DNA of 59,740 nucleotides, counting the filler, from Nitrospinae bacterium RIFCSPLOWO2_12_FULL_45_22 (lineage in GTDB: Bacteria; 2-12-FULL-45-22): the NCBI GenBank assembly GCA_001803565.1. It is 4 parts of 4 records of this genome, joined end to end, with 100 filler letters (N's around TTAATTAATTAA, not from the genome) between each part and the next. Parts side by side here need not be neighbours in the genome. Positions count along the whole stretch, not along the records: positions 15,906 to 39,547 come from MHDQ01000284.1; positions 39,648 to 52,675 come from MHDQ01000285.1; 2 more parts are not named here. One strand, given 5' to 3'. The notes under the pieces are model-generated. The model ran no database searches, was not told the origin of the DNA, and worked only from the letters and a program-made list of their open reading frames with translations. Position numbers and translations under genes: made by a program. Shown here piece by piece: positions 37,847 to 46,418 of the stretch. Position 1 is the stretch's first letter, and every line of letters starts with the position of its first letter.

Positions 37847-39265
37847 ATGATTTTTTTACTAAGAAATAAGCCGCAAAAGGCCCAGGTTATCCTTGTTTTG
37901 GGAGATGCCATCATTGTCCTGGCTGGCCTGGTATCTTCTTATATCGTCAGGATCTACTTATTTAATGAAGGTTCAGGGTTACTCGAGACCCTATCAGGCA
38001 AGATCAGCTTTAATTTTGTGGTAGTCATCCTGGCACATATGCTGGCCTTTTACATATTTGAGCTATATGATACCGAAAGGCCATTCACCAACCTAAGGGG
38101 CTTATTGAATGTCTCTTTAGGAACTTTTTTGGCTAGCCTTGCCTTGGCTATATATTTTTATTTTCTCCCCAAGGGCAAGATCGGTCGAGTAGTGGTTATT
38201 ACATATATCCCTCTTATAATATGGTTGATATTTTTATGGAGAAAGATATTCTTCAGCCGATTGATGGCAGCCATCCCTTGGTCAAATGTCCTTTTTGTGG
38301 GAGCCGATTCTTCTAATGAGCTGCTGGCTAAAGAGATGCTCGATGGGCATGGCAGGAAATATCGTCCTATAGGATTTCTCGATGTGACCGGGGAAAGTAT
38401 ATCCCATTCCCTCATGGGGCTCCCCGTCTTTAATGATAACACGGGCCTGGAAGGGTTAATCAGGAAAAATGATATCAAAACAGTTATCCTCTCTCCAAAT
38501 GCGAATGCATCACCCATGTCTGAGGGGCTGATGAAGGAGGTCTTAAAATTAAAATTTGATGGTATAGGGGTATATGATATGCGCATTTTTTACCAGTATC
38601 TCACCGGGAAGATCCCGGTATTTCACGTAAAGGACAGCTATTTCCTCTTCTCTGCTGAGCTAAATCTTATCCATTCCCTCTATTACAAGCGGGTAAAGCG
38701 GTTATTGGATATAGCGGTCTCCCTGGTTGGATTGTTGATCAGCCTTCCTGTCTTGCTCTTTACTGCCCTGGCTATCAAAATTGACTCCAGAGGACCGGTA
38801 TTCTTCGGGCAGGAGCGGGTGGGCCTTCGGGGCCAGAAATTTACCCTGCTCAAGCTCAGGACCATGATACCGAATGCTGAAGCCCTGACTGGTCCTAAAT
38901 GGGCGGAGAAGGATGACCCCCGGGTTACCCGGGTGGGTAAGCTGCTCAGGAAGACCCGGATAGACGAGGTCCCCCAGTTGATCAATATATTAAAAGGGGA
39001 CATGAGCTTTGTGGGTCCCAGGCCTATCCGGAAATATTTTCTGGATCAATTAGCAGAGAGTATACCGTTCTATCACCTGCGCCATTCAGTCAAGCCCGGG
39101 TTGACCGGCTGGGCCCAGGTTTGCTATAATTATGCCTCCTCAGAGGAAGACCAGTCCGAGAAACTCCAGTACGACCTCTACTATATCCATCATATGTCTT
39201 TCTTCTTCGACCTGTTCATGAGCCTTAAGACTATCCAGACCCTTCTGTTCAGACATGGACAGTAA
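37847..39265 (+). CDS. Priming polyprenyl glycosylphosphotransferase (WcaJ/WbaP-like)
   Basis: KRLLDI, DSRGPVFF, KLRTM, DDPRVTRVG, RIDEVPQ, GDMSFVGPRP, VKPGLTGWAQV, YDLYYI. Confidence 0.93.
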   Translation: MIFLLRNKPQKAQVILVLGDAIIVLAGLVSSYIVRIYLFNEGSGLLETLSGKISFNFVVVILAHMLAFYIFELYDTERPFTNLRGLLNVSLGTFLASLALAIYFYFLPKGKIGRVVVITYIPLIIWLIFLWRKIFFSRLMAAIPWSNVLFVGADSSNELLAKEMLDGHGRKYRPIGFLDVTGESISHSLMGLPVFNDNTGLEGLIRKNDIKTVILSPNANASPMSEGLMKEVLKLKFDGIGVYDMRIFYQYLTGKIPVFHVKDSYFLFSAELNLIHSLYYKRVKRLLDIAVSLVGLLISLPVLLFTALAIKIDSRGPVFFGQERVGLRGQKFTLLKLRTMIPNAEALTGPKWAEKDDPRVTRVGKLLRKTRIDEVPQLINILKGDMSFVGPRPIRKYFLDQLAESIPFYHLRHSVKPGLTGWAQVCYNYASSEEDQSEKLQYDLYYIHHMSFFFDLFMSLKTIQTLLFRHGQ

Positions 39266-39410
39266 AGTAAATTATTTGCAAGTTGACCTAATAACTAAAA
39301 GGGTGCAAAGATCTATACTGAGGTATCGAAGGTAAAAGTACTTCTCAGGGCATGAGGGTTTCGAATGAATGCAGCCTAGTTAATTGGAGGTTTCTGTCGA
39401 GTTAACCAGA

Positions 39411-39479
39411 TTAAGATAACGCCAGATGAATCTTTATGGCCTTGTCAATAGGGCCCATTTCTCCCCTTTTAATATTTAT
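39411..39479 (-). pseudogene. Internally deleted MazF/PemK-like toxin remnant (INIKRGEMGPIDKAIKIHLALS*)
   Basis: Translated by hand: N-terminal IKRGE joined to C-terminal IDKAIKIHLAL; ATA where ATG is expected; overlaps the upstream antitoxin-like stop. Confidence 0.6.
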
Positions 39480-39546
39480 CCCACCCCTCCAGGTCAATGG
39501 GTTCAAACTCTTTTGCTATAGCAAGGCCCTCTTGTTTGGTGGCACG
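39469..39546 (-). CDS. 3' end of a probable MazE-like antitoxin (...RATKQEGLAIAKEFEPIDLEGWDKY*), cut by the contig end
   Basis: Acidic C-terminus ending in W-D-x-Y, overlapping the toxin remnant. Confidence 0.55.
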   Translation of the reverse strand, partial: RATKQEGLAIAKEFEPIDLEGWDKY

Positions 39547-39547
39547 A

Positions 39548-39647
39548 NNNNNNNNNNNNNNNNNNNNNNNNNNNNNNNNNNNNNNNNNNNNTTAATTAAT
39601 TAANNNNNNNNNNNNNNNNNNNNNNNNNNNNNNNNNNNNNNNNNNNN
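39548..39647. other. Artificial contig linker
   Basis: 100 nt of N with TTAATTAATTAA. Confidence 0.97.
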
Positions 39648-39758
39648 GACCTTTCTCCGTTGTGGGATAGCCAATTTTTCGGCAAAAAGGTCTAATACTT
39701 GTCGTACAAAACCCTTTCTGTCTTGGGTCTCCTGGACATAGATAGTAGCTTTTCCCAT
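39648..39758 (-). CDS. 5' end of a gene cut by the contig end (MGKATIYVQETQDRKGFVRQVLDLF...), possibly DUF362-like
   Basis: ATG at 39758 after a GGGGGA SD; only 37 codons visible. Confidence 0.45.
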
Positions 39759-39786
39759 CTTATTTTCCCCCCAGGTTGAAGTTGTT

Positions 39787-39953
39787 ACCACAAAGACACA
39801 AAGGACACCAAGCATTTAATATTGGTTATTAAGTTATTGCGTCATTAGGTCATTGGGTTATTGCCTTAAGGTTGCTGAATGCCCTAATTGCCTAATGACC
39901 CAATTACCCAATGCCCTAATCACTCTTCTTTTTGTGCTTTGTGGCTTTGTGGT
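39787..39953. repeat. Nested element I: outer CACAAAG-type arms, inner octamer arms of the C/D family
   Basis: accacaaagacacaaaggacaccaag ... ctttttgtgctttgtggctttgtggt; inner attaggtc attgggtt ... aatgaccc aattaccc aatgccct. Confidence 0.85.
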
Positions 39954-39964
39954 TTATCTTACAC

Positions 39965-41020
39965 TCAGGGCAAGGGTAGATGGCGTGAAATGAGCCAGTC
40001 CTTCAATTTGCCGGTAATAACCAGTTTTTGCTGCTGGAGTTCGGTCAGATTGCGGCATCCGGTTAAGAGCATAGCCATACGTAATCCCTTAACTAGATAA
40101 TCAATATAGGCCTCTACCGCCGACATCCCTCCGCTAGCGTATTCTTTCAGGAAAGGCAAGGCTATACCTGTTACTGTAGCCCCTAGAGCAATGGCTTTAG
40201 CTATGTCTAACCCGTTCCTTATACCACCCGAGGCAATAGTAGTAAAGCCAAGGTTTTTCAGCTCACATAAACTAGCTGCGGTAGGGATACCCCAGTCCCA
40301 AAATAGCTCCCCTAGTTGTTTCGCTACCCCCTGGCTACGCAAAGATTCTATCCCTACCCAGGATGTCCCCCCAGCCCCACCTATATCTACTAAGTCTATC
40401 CCGATGGCTTTGAGCTTTAACCCTACCTCGCGAGATAAGCCTCCCCCGGTCTCTTTAACAATTAAGGGGCATTTAAGGCTTTGGTTCAATCTCTCTAGTG
40501 TTTCATAACTTTTACTAAAATCTGTATCACCTTCTGGCTGGATCAATTCCATAGCGGTATTGAGATGGATAGATATGGCATCAGCCTCGATACTATCTAC
40601 CAGGGCCTGTATTTCTTCTGAGGATATATTCCGGGCCTGTTGGATACCAAGATTAGCCAGAAATAGGATGTCAGGAGCTACATCCCTGATCTGGTAAGTA
40701 AGGGCTAAAGAGGGCAGCTCATGCATGGCCCGCTGACTACCTACACCGAAACCCAAACCATACTTGGCGGCGGCTGAGGCTAAAGCCTTATTAATAGCCT
40801 GAGCCCTTTTGGTCCCTCCAACCATCGCCCCAATCAGGATAGGGGCTTTTAACCTTTTAGATAGAAAAAAAGTACCCGGGTCAACTTCATCCAGATTTAC
40901 TTGAGGTATAGAATTAGGGATAAATTCTATATCTTCAAACAGGGTAGTCTTGTTGCGGGATTCTACCTGAGCCTGGAGACAAAGTTCTAGATGATCTTCT
41001 TTCCTCTTTTGTATGCCCAT
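39965..41020 (-). CDS. fni: Type 2 isopentenyl-diphosphate delta-isomerase
   Basis: RKEDHL, GAMVGG, GVGSQRA, IHLNTAME..QPEGD, VKETGGG, GAGGTSW, WDWGIPT, ASGGIRNG. Confidence 0.95.
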   Translation of the reverse strand: MGIQKRKEDHLELCLQAQVESRNKTTLFEDIEFIPNSIPQVNLDEVDPGTFFLSKRLKAPILIGAMVGGTKRAQAINKALASAAAKYGLGFGVGSQRAMHELPSLALTYQIRDVAPDILFLANLGIQQARNISSEEIQALVDSIEADAISIHLNTAMELIQPEGDTDFSKSYETLERLNQSLKCPLIVKETGGGLSREVGLKLKAIGIDLVDIGGAGGTSWVGIESLRSQGVAKQLGELFWDWGIPTAASLCELKNLGFTTIASGGIRNGLDIAKAIALGATVTGIALPFLKEYASGGMSAVEAYIDYLVKGLRMAMLLTGCRNLTELQQQKLVITGKLKDWLISRHLPLP

Positions 41021-41048
41021 TGTTTACTATCCCTGCCAATGCATTAGG

Positions 41049-41804
41049 TCAAATCATAGGGAGGAGTTCCTGTACTAATAGGGTTAGCCGGGTGGTGGCT
41101 TTTCTAATATTCTTTTTCATCTTGCCCAGTTCCCATAAGGCCATGGGGTGCCTCAAGGTATATTTTATAAATTTGGCAGGATTGAGCTCACCATTATCTG
41201 TTATCTGATTGACCTCTACTTTAAAAGTGTAATCGGCAATGTCAGAGATAGATCGCAGCGCAAGGAAAGGGCATCCTTTCTGGGCAGCTTCCAGGCCAAT
41301 AAATGCCGTCTCCATCTCTACGGCCAAGGCCCTGGTATCGAGGAATATTGCCTTTTTCTCCTCCGAGCTACCGATTACCCTGGATACCGTAATAAGATCT
41401 CCCAGGTAAGGGGTTAACTGGAGCCTGCGGCAAGCTACCGAGGCTAGCTCGACCAATCTATCCAACGATACTGCCGCTATTTGAGGAGAATTTTGCACCA
41501 ATACCCTCCGACCAATCACCAGATCTCCTACCTTCAATCGGCTGTCCACTGCCCCAGAAATACCAATAGAGATGAGAGATACCGGATTAAAGTGGTCTAA
41601 TAGGACTTTGGTAGCCTCCCGGGCATTTTTTTCGCCCATGCCAGATAGAGCCAGTATGATCTCTCGGTCTTGATAGCGACCCTGGTAATATAAGAAAGAA
41701 TTCAGGGTCATCTTGGCCTTAAGGTCTATCTCCCTCCTAATACCATCAATCTCATCCTTTAAGGCACCAATAATAGCTATACAATTTGTCATAAGTGACC
41801 TCAA
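41049..41804 (-). CDS. Nucleoside phosphorylase family (MTA/SAH nucleosidase or HpnG-like)
   Basis: IAIIGAL..E, SGMG, IGISGAV, AVEMETA, LRSISD. Confidence 0.85.
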   Translation of the reverse strand: MRSLMTNCIAIIGALKDEIDGIRREIDLKAKMTLNSFLYYQGRYQDREIILALSGMGEKNAREATKVLLDHFNPVSLISIGISGAVDSRLKVGDLVIGRRVLVQNSPQIAAVSLDRLVELASVACRRLQLTPYLGDLITVSRVIGSSEEKKAIFLDTRALAVEMETAFIGLEAAQKGCPFLALRSISDIADYTFKVEVNQITDNGELNPAKFIKYTLRHPMALWELGKMKKNIRKATTRLTLLVQELLPMI

Positions 41805-42023
41805 AAAGATAAGTATCCTTATGAAAATCTTCTTTAGCGAAGCTAGAAAAATCCTTATAATTTTTCGTGATAGGCAGGCTGGTTAATTATTATCCCTCAA
41901 ATATATGTTGACGTCAACTATAGGGTAGTAGAAATACGATGGAATATTGAGCAAAATTACTTTGAGATTGATTCTTACCGGTTCTATTGCTAAGGCCATA
42001 TATTTTATTGGTATACAATCTCT

Positions 42024-42051
42024 TTGACATAAATAAAAAGGGGAGTATTAT
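42024..42051 (+). promoter_or_regulatory. Putative sigma70 promoter for the DUF116 operon
   Basis: TTGACA-N16-TATTAT in the divergent intergenic region. Confidence 0.5.
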
Positions 42052-42206
42052 ATACTTATATTTTCCTCTACTCCTATAACGAGCTGCTGCCCGGTAGCGG
42101 AAAGGCTTCCTGATAGCATTGTAGAGATACTAAAGGATCACTATATGACCCGAGAATATCTGCTCTATATTATAATGTATAAGAGAGATTGCTGGAAGGC
42201 TTTAGC

Positions 42207-43028
42207 ATGACTCGTACCAGACAAATATTCCGATTCACCCATGCAAGTTGGAGTAAAGAGAGGTTATTTTTTTCTCTCTTATTCCTCCTTCTCCTGGGTA
42301 TCGCAGGAGCTACTTACGTACTATTCAAAATAGCTTCAGGATTGACTAAGCATTACAATCCGTATTTTGGCCTTTTAATAAAGGGGGGGGTGATAGGTTT
42401 TTTCCTAATAGTGGGTTCCAGTATTTTTTTGCTAGGAATAAATCTATTCACGGGGATTGAATTACCTTTCAATGATAAGATAAAAAAAATAACTATCTCC
42501 TTTTTCTTTCCTCTTACTGTATCAGTGGGAAAAATCTTACGTATCTCGAAGGAACAAATCCAGGAATCCTTTCTTGAAGTAATTAATAAACTTATCCGGG
42601 CTAAGACATACCGCATCTATCCTCAAAAGATACTGCTCCTCCTGCCCCATTGTTTACAAAATTCCCGTTGCCCGATTAGGCTAACTCCACAGGGGAGTAA
42701 TTGTCAGCGGTGTGGGGAGTGCGGGATTAAGGATTTATGCGAGATAGCAGATGGATATGGGGTGAAGCTGACTATTGTAGCTGGTGGGGAACTCGCCCGA
42801 ACATTCATAAAAGATATTAAACCTGAGGCAGTGGTGGCTGTAGCCTGTACCAAGGAGATGATCTCCGGCATCCAAGATACTTATCCATTATTAGTCTTGA
42901 GTGTATTGAACCAACGGCCCAATGGTCCTTGTATTGATACCAGGGTAAATTTAGGAAGGGTGGAGGAGGCTATAAAATTCTTCCTGGGTGATAAAGGAGC
43001 CGGGCAGACTCATAGTGTGCTCTCATGA
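42207..43028 (+). CDS. DUF116 family membrane-anchored Cys-rich protein
   Basis: LLLPHCLQNSRC, CQRCGECGI, VAGGELAR, AVACTKE, NQRPNGPCIDT. Confidence 0.88.
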   Translation: MTRTRQIFRFTHASWSKERLFFSLLFLLLLGIAGATYVLFKIASGLTKHYNPYFGLLIKGGVIGFFLIVGSSIFLLGINLFTGIELPFNDKIKKITISFFFPLTVSVGKILRISKEQIQESFLEVINKLIRAKTYRIYPQKILLLLPHCLQNSRCPIRLTPQGSNCQRCGECGIKDLCEIADGYGVKLTIVAGGELARTFIKDIKPEAVVAVACTKEMISGIQDTYPLLVLSVLNQRPNGPCIDTRVNLGRVEEAIKFFLGDKGAGQTHSVLS

Positions 43029-43150
43029 TGCAATCTACCCCCTGAATTGATAAAGGTCAAAATGATTATCAGTTAAATAGTGCTATTGCCCGGGCGCAAA
43101 AATTCCTTATGGAACTACAGGATAAACAGGATGGCTTTTGGGTAAGATAA
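43028..43150 (+). pseudogene. N-terminal stump of a squalene-hopene cyclase-like gene
   Basis: Translated by hand from the TGATG overlap: MQSTP*IDKGQNDYQLNSAIARAQKFLMELQDKQDGFWVR*, containing a QW-motif helix. Confidence 0.65.
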
Positions 43151-43154
43151 AAAA

Positions 43155-44249
43155 ATGGGACAATTTAGCTTTGATAACCGCTACTGTAATCCGGATAAAG
43201 AAAAGCCCCAGATAGGCTATCTCTGTTCCTATACACCAATAGAAATTATTGTAGCAGCCGGTCTCCAACCCATAAAACTGAATACCCGGGATGAGGCGAT
43301 AAAGCAAGCCGATGGTTATACGCACAATACCATGTGTGCATATGTGAGGCAGATACTGGATATAGCCCTGGAGGGTAGTTATGACCAGTTGGCCGGGGTG
43401 ATATTCGTCAACTCTTGTGATGCCATGAGGCGATTACATGATCTCTGGCGCTATTATATAAAGACTGGCTTTACCCATATTATAGAATTGCCCAGAGATG
43501 ATACGGTATCGAAGAGGGCCTTTTACATTAAGGAATTAAATACATTTGCGCAGAAATTGGAGGAGCGTTTCTCATTAAAGATAACAGACGATAACCTCTG
43601 GGGAGCTATCCGGCTAATCAACCAGACCCGACGACTATTGCTGGAATTATCACGCCTCAGAGAGGGTAACCATTACTCTTTGAGGGCCAGCGAAATATTC
43701 CCTATTATGCTGGCCAGCACAAAGTCTGATCCAGCCAGGTTCAATGAGGAGTTGGAACGCTATCTGGAAGAGATAAGAAAAGATTTATCTATGCAGGATA
43801 AAACCAGGCAACCCAGGGTCTTAATAACTGGCAGTATTATAGACCGGGGGGATATCATTGAGTTAATGGAAGATTTTGGCCTCTCCATAGTAGCTGAAGA
43901 CCTTTGTACCGGCCTGCGGGGCATAGGTCAGTTAGTAGCAGAAAGGGATGATCCCTGGGAAGCCCTTGCGGAACGATATTTAGAAAGGGCCCCCTGTGCG
44001 CGGATGAAGGGGCTGGAGCAACGCCTAAAATTTATTTATCAACTAATTGGTGATTACAGAGTAAATGGGGTAATTTCTTACTCCTTAAAATTCTGTGACC
44101 CAGAGTTGATGTTTTATCCTTTTTTGAAGGCAGATCTAGAAAATAAGGCCATCCCCCATTTGCATTTGGAAGGCGATGGTACTACCGCTAGCCTTGGTCA
44201 GTTGAAGACCAGGATCCAGGCCTTTATCGAGATGCTGACAAAAGGTTAA
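43155..44249 (+). CDS. 2-hydroxyacyl-CoA dehydratase / class I benzoyl-CoA reductase family subunit (HGD-D)
   Basis: IGYLCSYTPIEI, MCAYVR, NSCDAMRR, EDLCTG, PCAR, LKFCDP, GQLKTRIQAFIEM. Confidence 0.9.
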   Translation: MGQFSFDNRYCNPDKEKPQIGYLCSYTPIEIIVAAGLQPIKLNTRDEAIKQADGYTHNTMCAYVRQILDIALEGSYDQLAGVIFVNSCDAMRRLHDLWRYYIKTGFTHIIELPRDDTVSKRAFYIKELNTFAQKLEERFSLKITDDNLWGAIRLINQTRRLLLELSRLREGNHYSLRASEIFPIMLASTKSDPARFNEELERYLEEIRKDLSMQDKTRQPRVLITGSIIDRGDIIELMEDFGLSIVAEDLCTGLRGIGQLVAERDDPWEALAERYLERAPCARMKGLEQRLKFIYQLIGDYRVNGVISYSLKFCDPELMFYPFLKADLENKAIPHLHLEGDGTTASLGQLKTRIQAFIEMLTKG

Positions 44250-44262
44250 GGGAGGAGATAAG

Positions 44263-45462
44263 ATGGCTAGCTTAAGAGAGGTCTATCAGGAATTCTATCA
44301 AATCGCAGAAGCCAGGGCCCAGAGGAAACCTTTTGCTAGTAACCTGGCTTTATGGGAAATGGCTAAGAATTGCCAGCGCCAGTTGACAGGTAATGAGCCG
44401 TTGGTCTGGACCCGCTGTACCTTTCCTCAGGAGCTGATATGGTCTTTTGGTATCTTGCCTGTCTATGCAGAGATGGTAACTACAATAATCGGCCATGTGA
44501 AGAAATCCCCGGACTTCCTCATGGAGACCGAATCCGCCGGATTTAGTACCGATAGTTGCACGGTGCAACGGACTAGCCTGGGCGGCATCCTATCGGATAG
44601 TTACTTGAAGCCGGTTTTATTGATCGGCTCTACAGATTTCTGTGAGGATGGCATGCGCTTTTTTGAGCATGCCAGCCGCCATTACCAGACCGAGTATTTC
44701 CTTCTGGAAGTGCCGCCTATCTGCTCCCCGGAGTCTGTAGATTATGTAGAAGAACAGTTAAGGAGCATAATCGCTAAGCTTAGCCAGGCTACTGGGAAGC
44801 CCTTTGATCAAGAGAAATTAAAGGGGTTAATAAGGTGCAGTAATCAGATCCGGGCTATCCAACTGAAGATCGAGGAATGGAAAAGGCAGGTCCCAGCCCC
44901 GATATATGGCCGCAGGGAAGATGACTTTTTTGGCCTGCTTAATATGGGTATCTGTGGTAAGGTAGCCGGGGAACTGGCCAGTAAGTATTATGAAGAGATA
45001 GTTGCTCGGGCCGCTCAAGGGCTCAGGGGCGCAGAAAAAATACGCCTCATGTGGCTCTACGCCCTACCACCGGTCCCTAAGGTCTTTGAATTTCTGGAGG
45101 AGCTGGGCGCCCATCTAGTAGCTACCGAACAGAACAGTATCCATTGGGACGAGATGTATGAGAATGAACCGGTGAGAGCCCTGGCTAAAAAGATCTGCCA
45201 GAGCCGGACCATTGGCCCGATAGAGAACCGGCTCCGGCATATCATTAGAATGGCAAAAGATTATCAGGTAGATGGAGCTGTCCATTTCTCCCATTTTAGC
45301 TGTGCTTATAGTGTTGGTGGTATAAGGATCATAAGGGACGAGTTGGCCAGGCAAGGCATTTCCTTCCTGAACCTGGATGGTGACTGTGCCGTAGCTCAGC
45401 ATAATAATATAGACCAGATGAGGGAGACTTTAGAAAGCTTTGTGGAAAGGCTCACGCATTAG
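44263..45462 (+). CDS. 2-hydroxyacyl-CoA dehydratase family subunit (HGD-D)
   Basis: GFSTDSCT, FCEDG, YQVDGAVHFSHFSC, LDGDC. Confidence 0.85.
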   Translation: MASLREVYQEFYQIAEARAQRKPFASNLALWEMAKNCQRQLTGNEPLVWTRCTFPQELIWSFGILPVYAEMVTTIIGHVKKSPDFLMETESAGFSTDSCTVQRTSLGGILSDSYLKPVLLIGSTDFCEDGMRFFEHASRHYQTEYFLLEVPPICSPESVDYVEEQLRSIIAKLSQATGKPFDQEKLKGLIRCSNQIRAIQLKIEEWKRQVPAPIYGRREDDFFGLLNMGICGKVAGELASKYYEEIVARAAQGLRGAEKIRLMWLYALPPVPKVFEFLEELGAHLVATEQNSIHWDEMYENEPVRALAKKICQSRTIGPIENRLRHIIRMAKDYQVDGAVHFSHFSCAYSVGGIRIIRDELARQGISFLNLDGDCAVAQHNNIDQMRETLESFVERLTH

Positions 45463-46342
45463 TCTGAGAAAATCCATCTTCCTTACTCCCGTAATCATTA
45501 CCTTCTCTATTTATTTGATCCTTTTCTTTACCACCAGGGCGGACCCCTGGGGATTAGAGACCCACAAGGTAGTTAATGATCTGGCCTGTGAGACGCTGCC
45601 TCCCTCACCCCTAAAGACTTTCTTCATTATCCATAAAGAATATATCTCTGAGCATGCGACGGACCCGGATATAGCCCTCAGAGAGCTTTATGGTGCCGAG
45701 GAAGGGGTAAAGCACTTTATCAACCTCGATGCTTATGGCCCATTCCCCTTTAAAGAGCTACCCAGAGATTATCAGCAGGCGGTTAAAAAGTTTGGCCGAA
45801 AAATGATCCAGCAGGAAGGCATCTTACCCTGGTGGATCATTTGGTCACAACAAAGATTGCAACGGGCTATGGAACAAGGAGACTGGAAGGGAGTGCGGCA
45901 GAGAGCCAGTCATCTAGGACATTATGTAGCAGACCTATTTATGCCCCTCCATACTACTGCTAATTATGATGGTCAACTGACGGGCAATGATGGTATCCAT
46001 AAACGGCTGGAAGATAGCCTGGTAGATGCCCGGATAGAACAGTACCGGGTAGAAATGAGGAAGCAGCTTAAAAAAACCTCTCCAGAAATGGTTAGGGTAG
46101 AGGATATTTTTGGTTATTCCTTAAAGGGTTGGTTAATAGTAGAAACCATTTTAGAAAATGATCGTCAGGCTAACAAGGAGATATTAGGGTTTTTCAGTAT
46201 TAAGGGGTTTTATTATCAACGGCTGGATAGAAGATTAAAACCTATCATAATAAGGCAATTGGTGGAGGCCTGCCAGCTCTTAGGCAATATCTGGTATTCT
46301 AGCTGGCTCCAGGCCGGCAAACCTGCCCCCATTATTAAGTAA
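45440..46342 (+). CDS. S1/P1 nuclease / Zn-dependent phospholipase C family exported protein
   Basis: Signal-like segment then WGLETH, ATDPD, HFINLD, LGHYVADLFMPLHTTANYDG, GIHKRLE. Confidence 0.85.
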   Translation: MWKGSRISLRKSIFLTPVIITFSIYLILFFTTRADPWGLETHKVVNDLACETLPPSPLKTFFIIHKEYISEHATDPDIALRELYGAEEGVKHFINLDAYGPFPFKELPRDYQQAVKKFGRKMIQQEGILPWWIIWSQQRLQRAMEQGDWKGVRQRASHLGHYVADLFMPLHTTANYDGQLTGNDGIHKRLEDSLVDARIEQYRVEMRKQLKKTSPEMVRVEDIFGYSLKGWLIVETILENDRQANKEILGFFSIKGFYYQRLDRRLKPIIIRQLVEACQLLGNIWYSSWLQAGKPAPIIK

Positions 46343-46409
46343 GGAGTAAGGAGTGAGCCGTGAGTAGTTAACGACTGACGGCTCACTTCCTCACTGTTTA
46401 CTTACTGAC
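46339..46409. repeat. Heptamer inverted-repeat element J between convergent genes (possible bidirectional terminator)
   Basis: gtaagga gtaagga gtgagcc gtgagta / gactgac ggctcac ttcctcac; gtgagccgt pairs with acggctcac; contains the nuclease TAA. Confidence 0.75.
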
Positions 46410-46418
46410 GGGCGGATT

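Noticed and set aside
42060-42206. Possible structured RNA leader before DUF116
   Set aside because: Only a short GC-rich stem; no match to a riboswitch I can recognise
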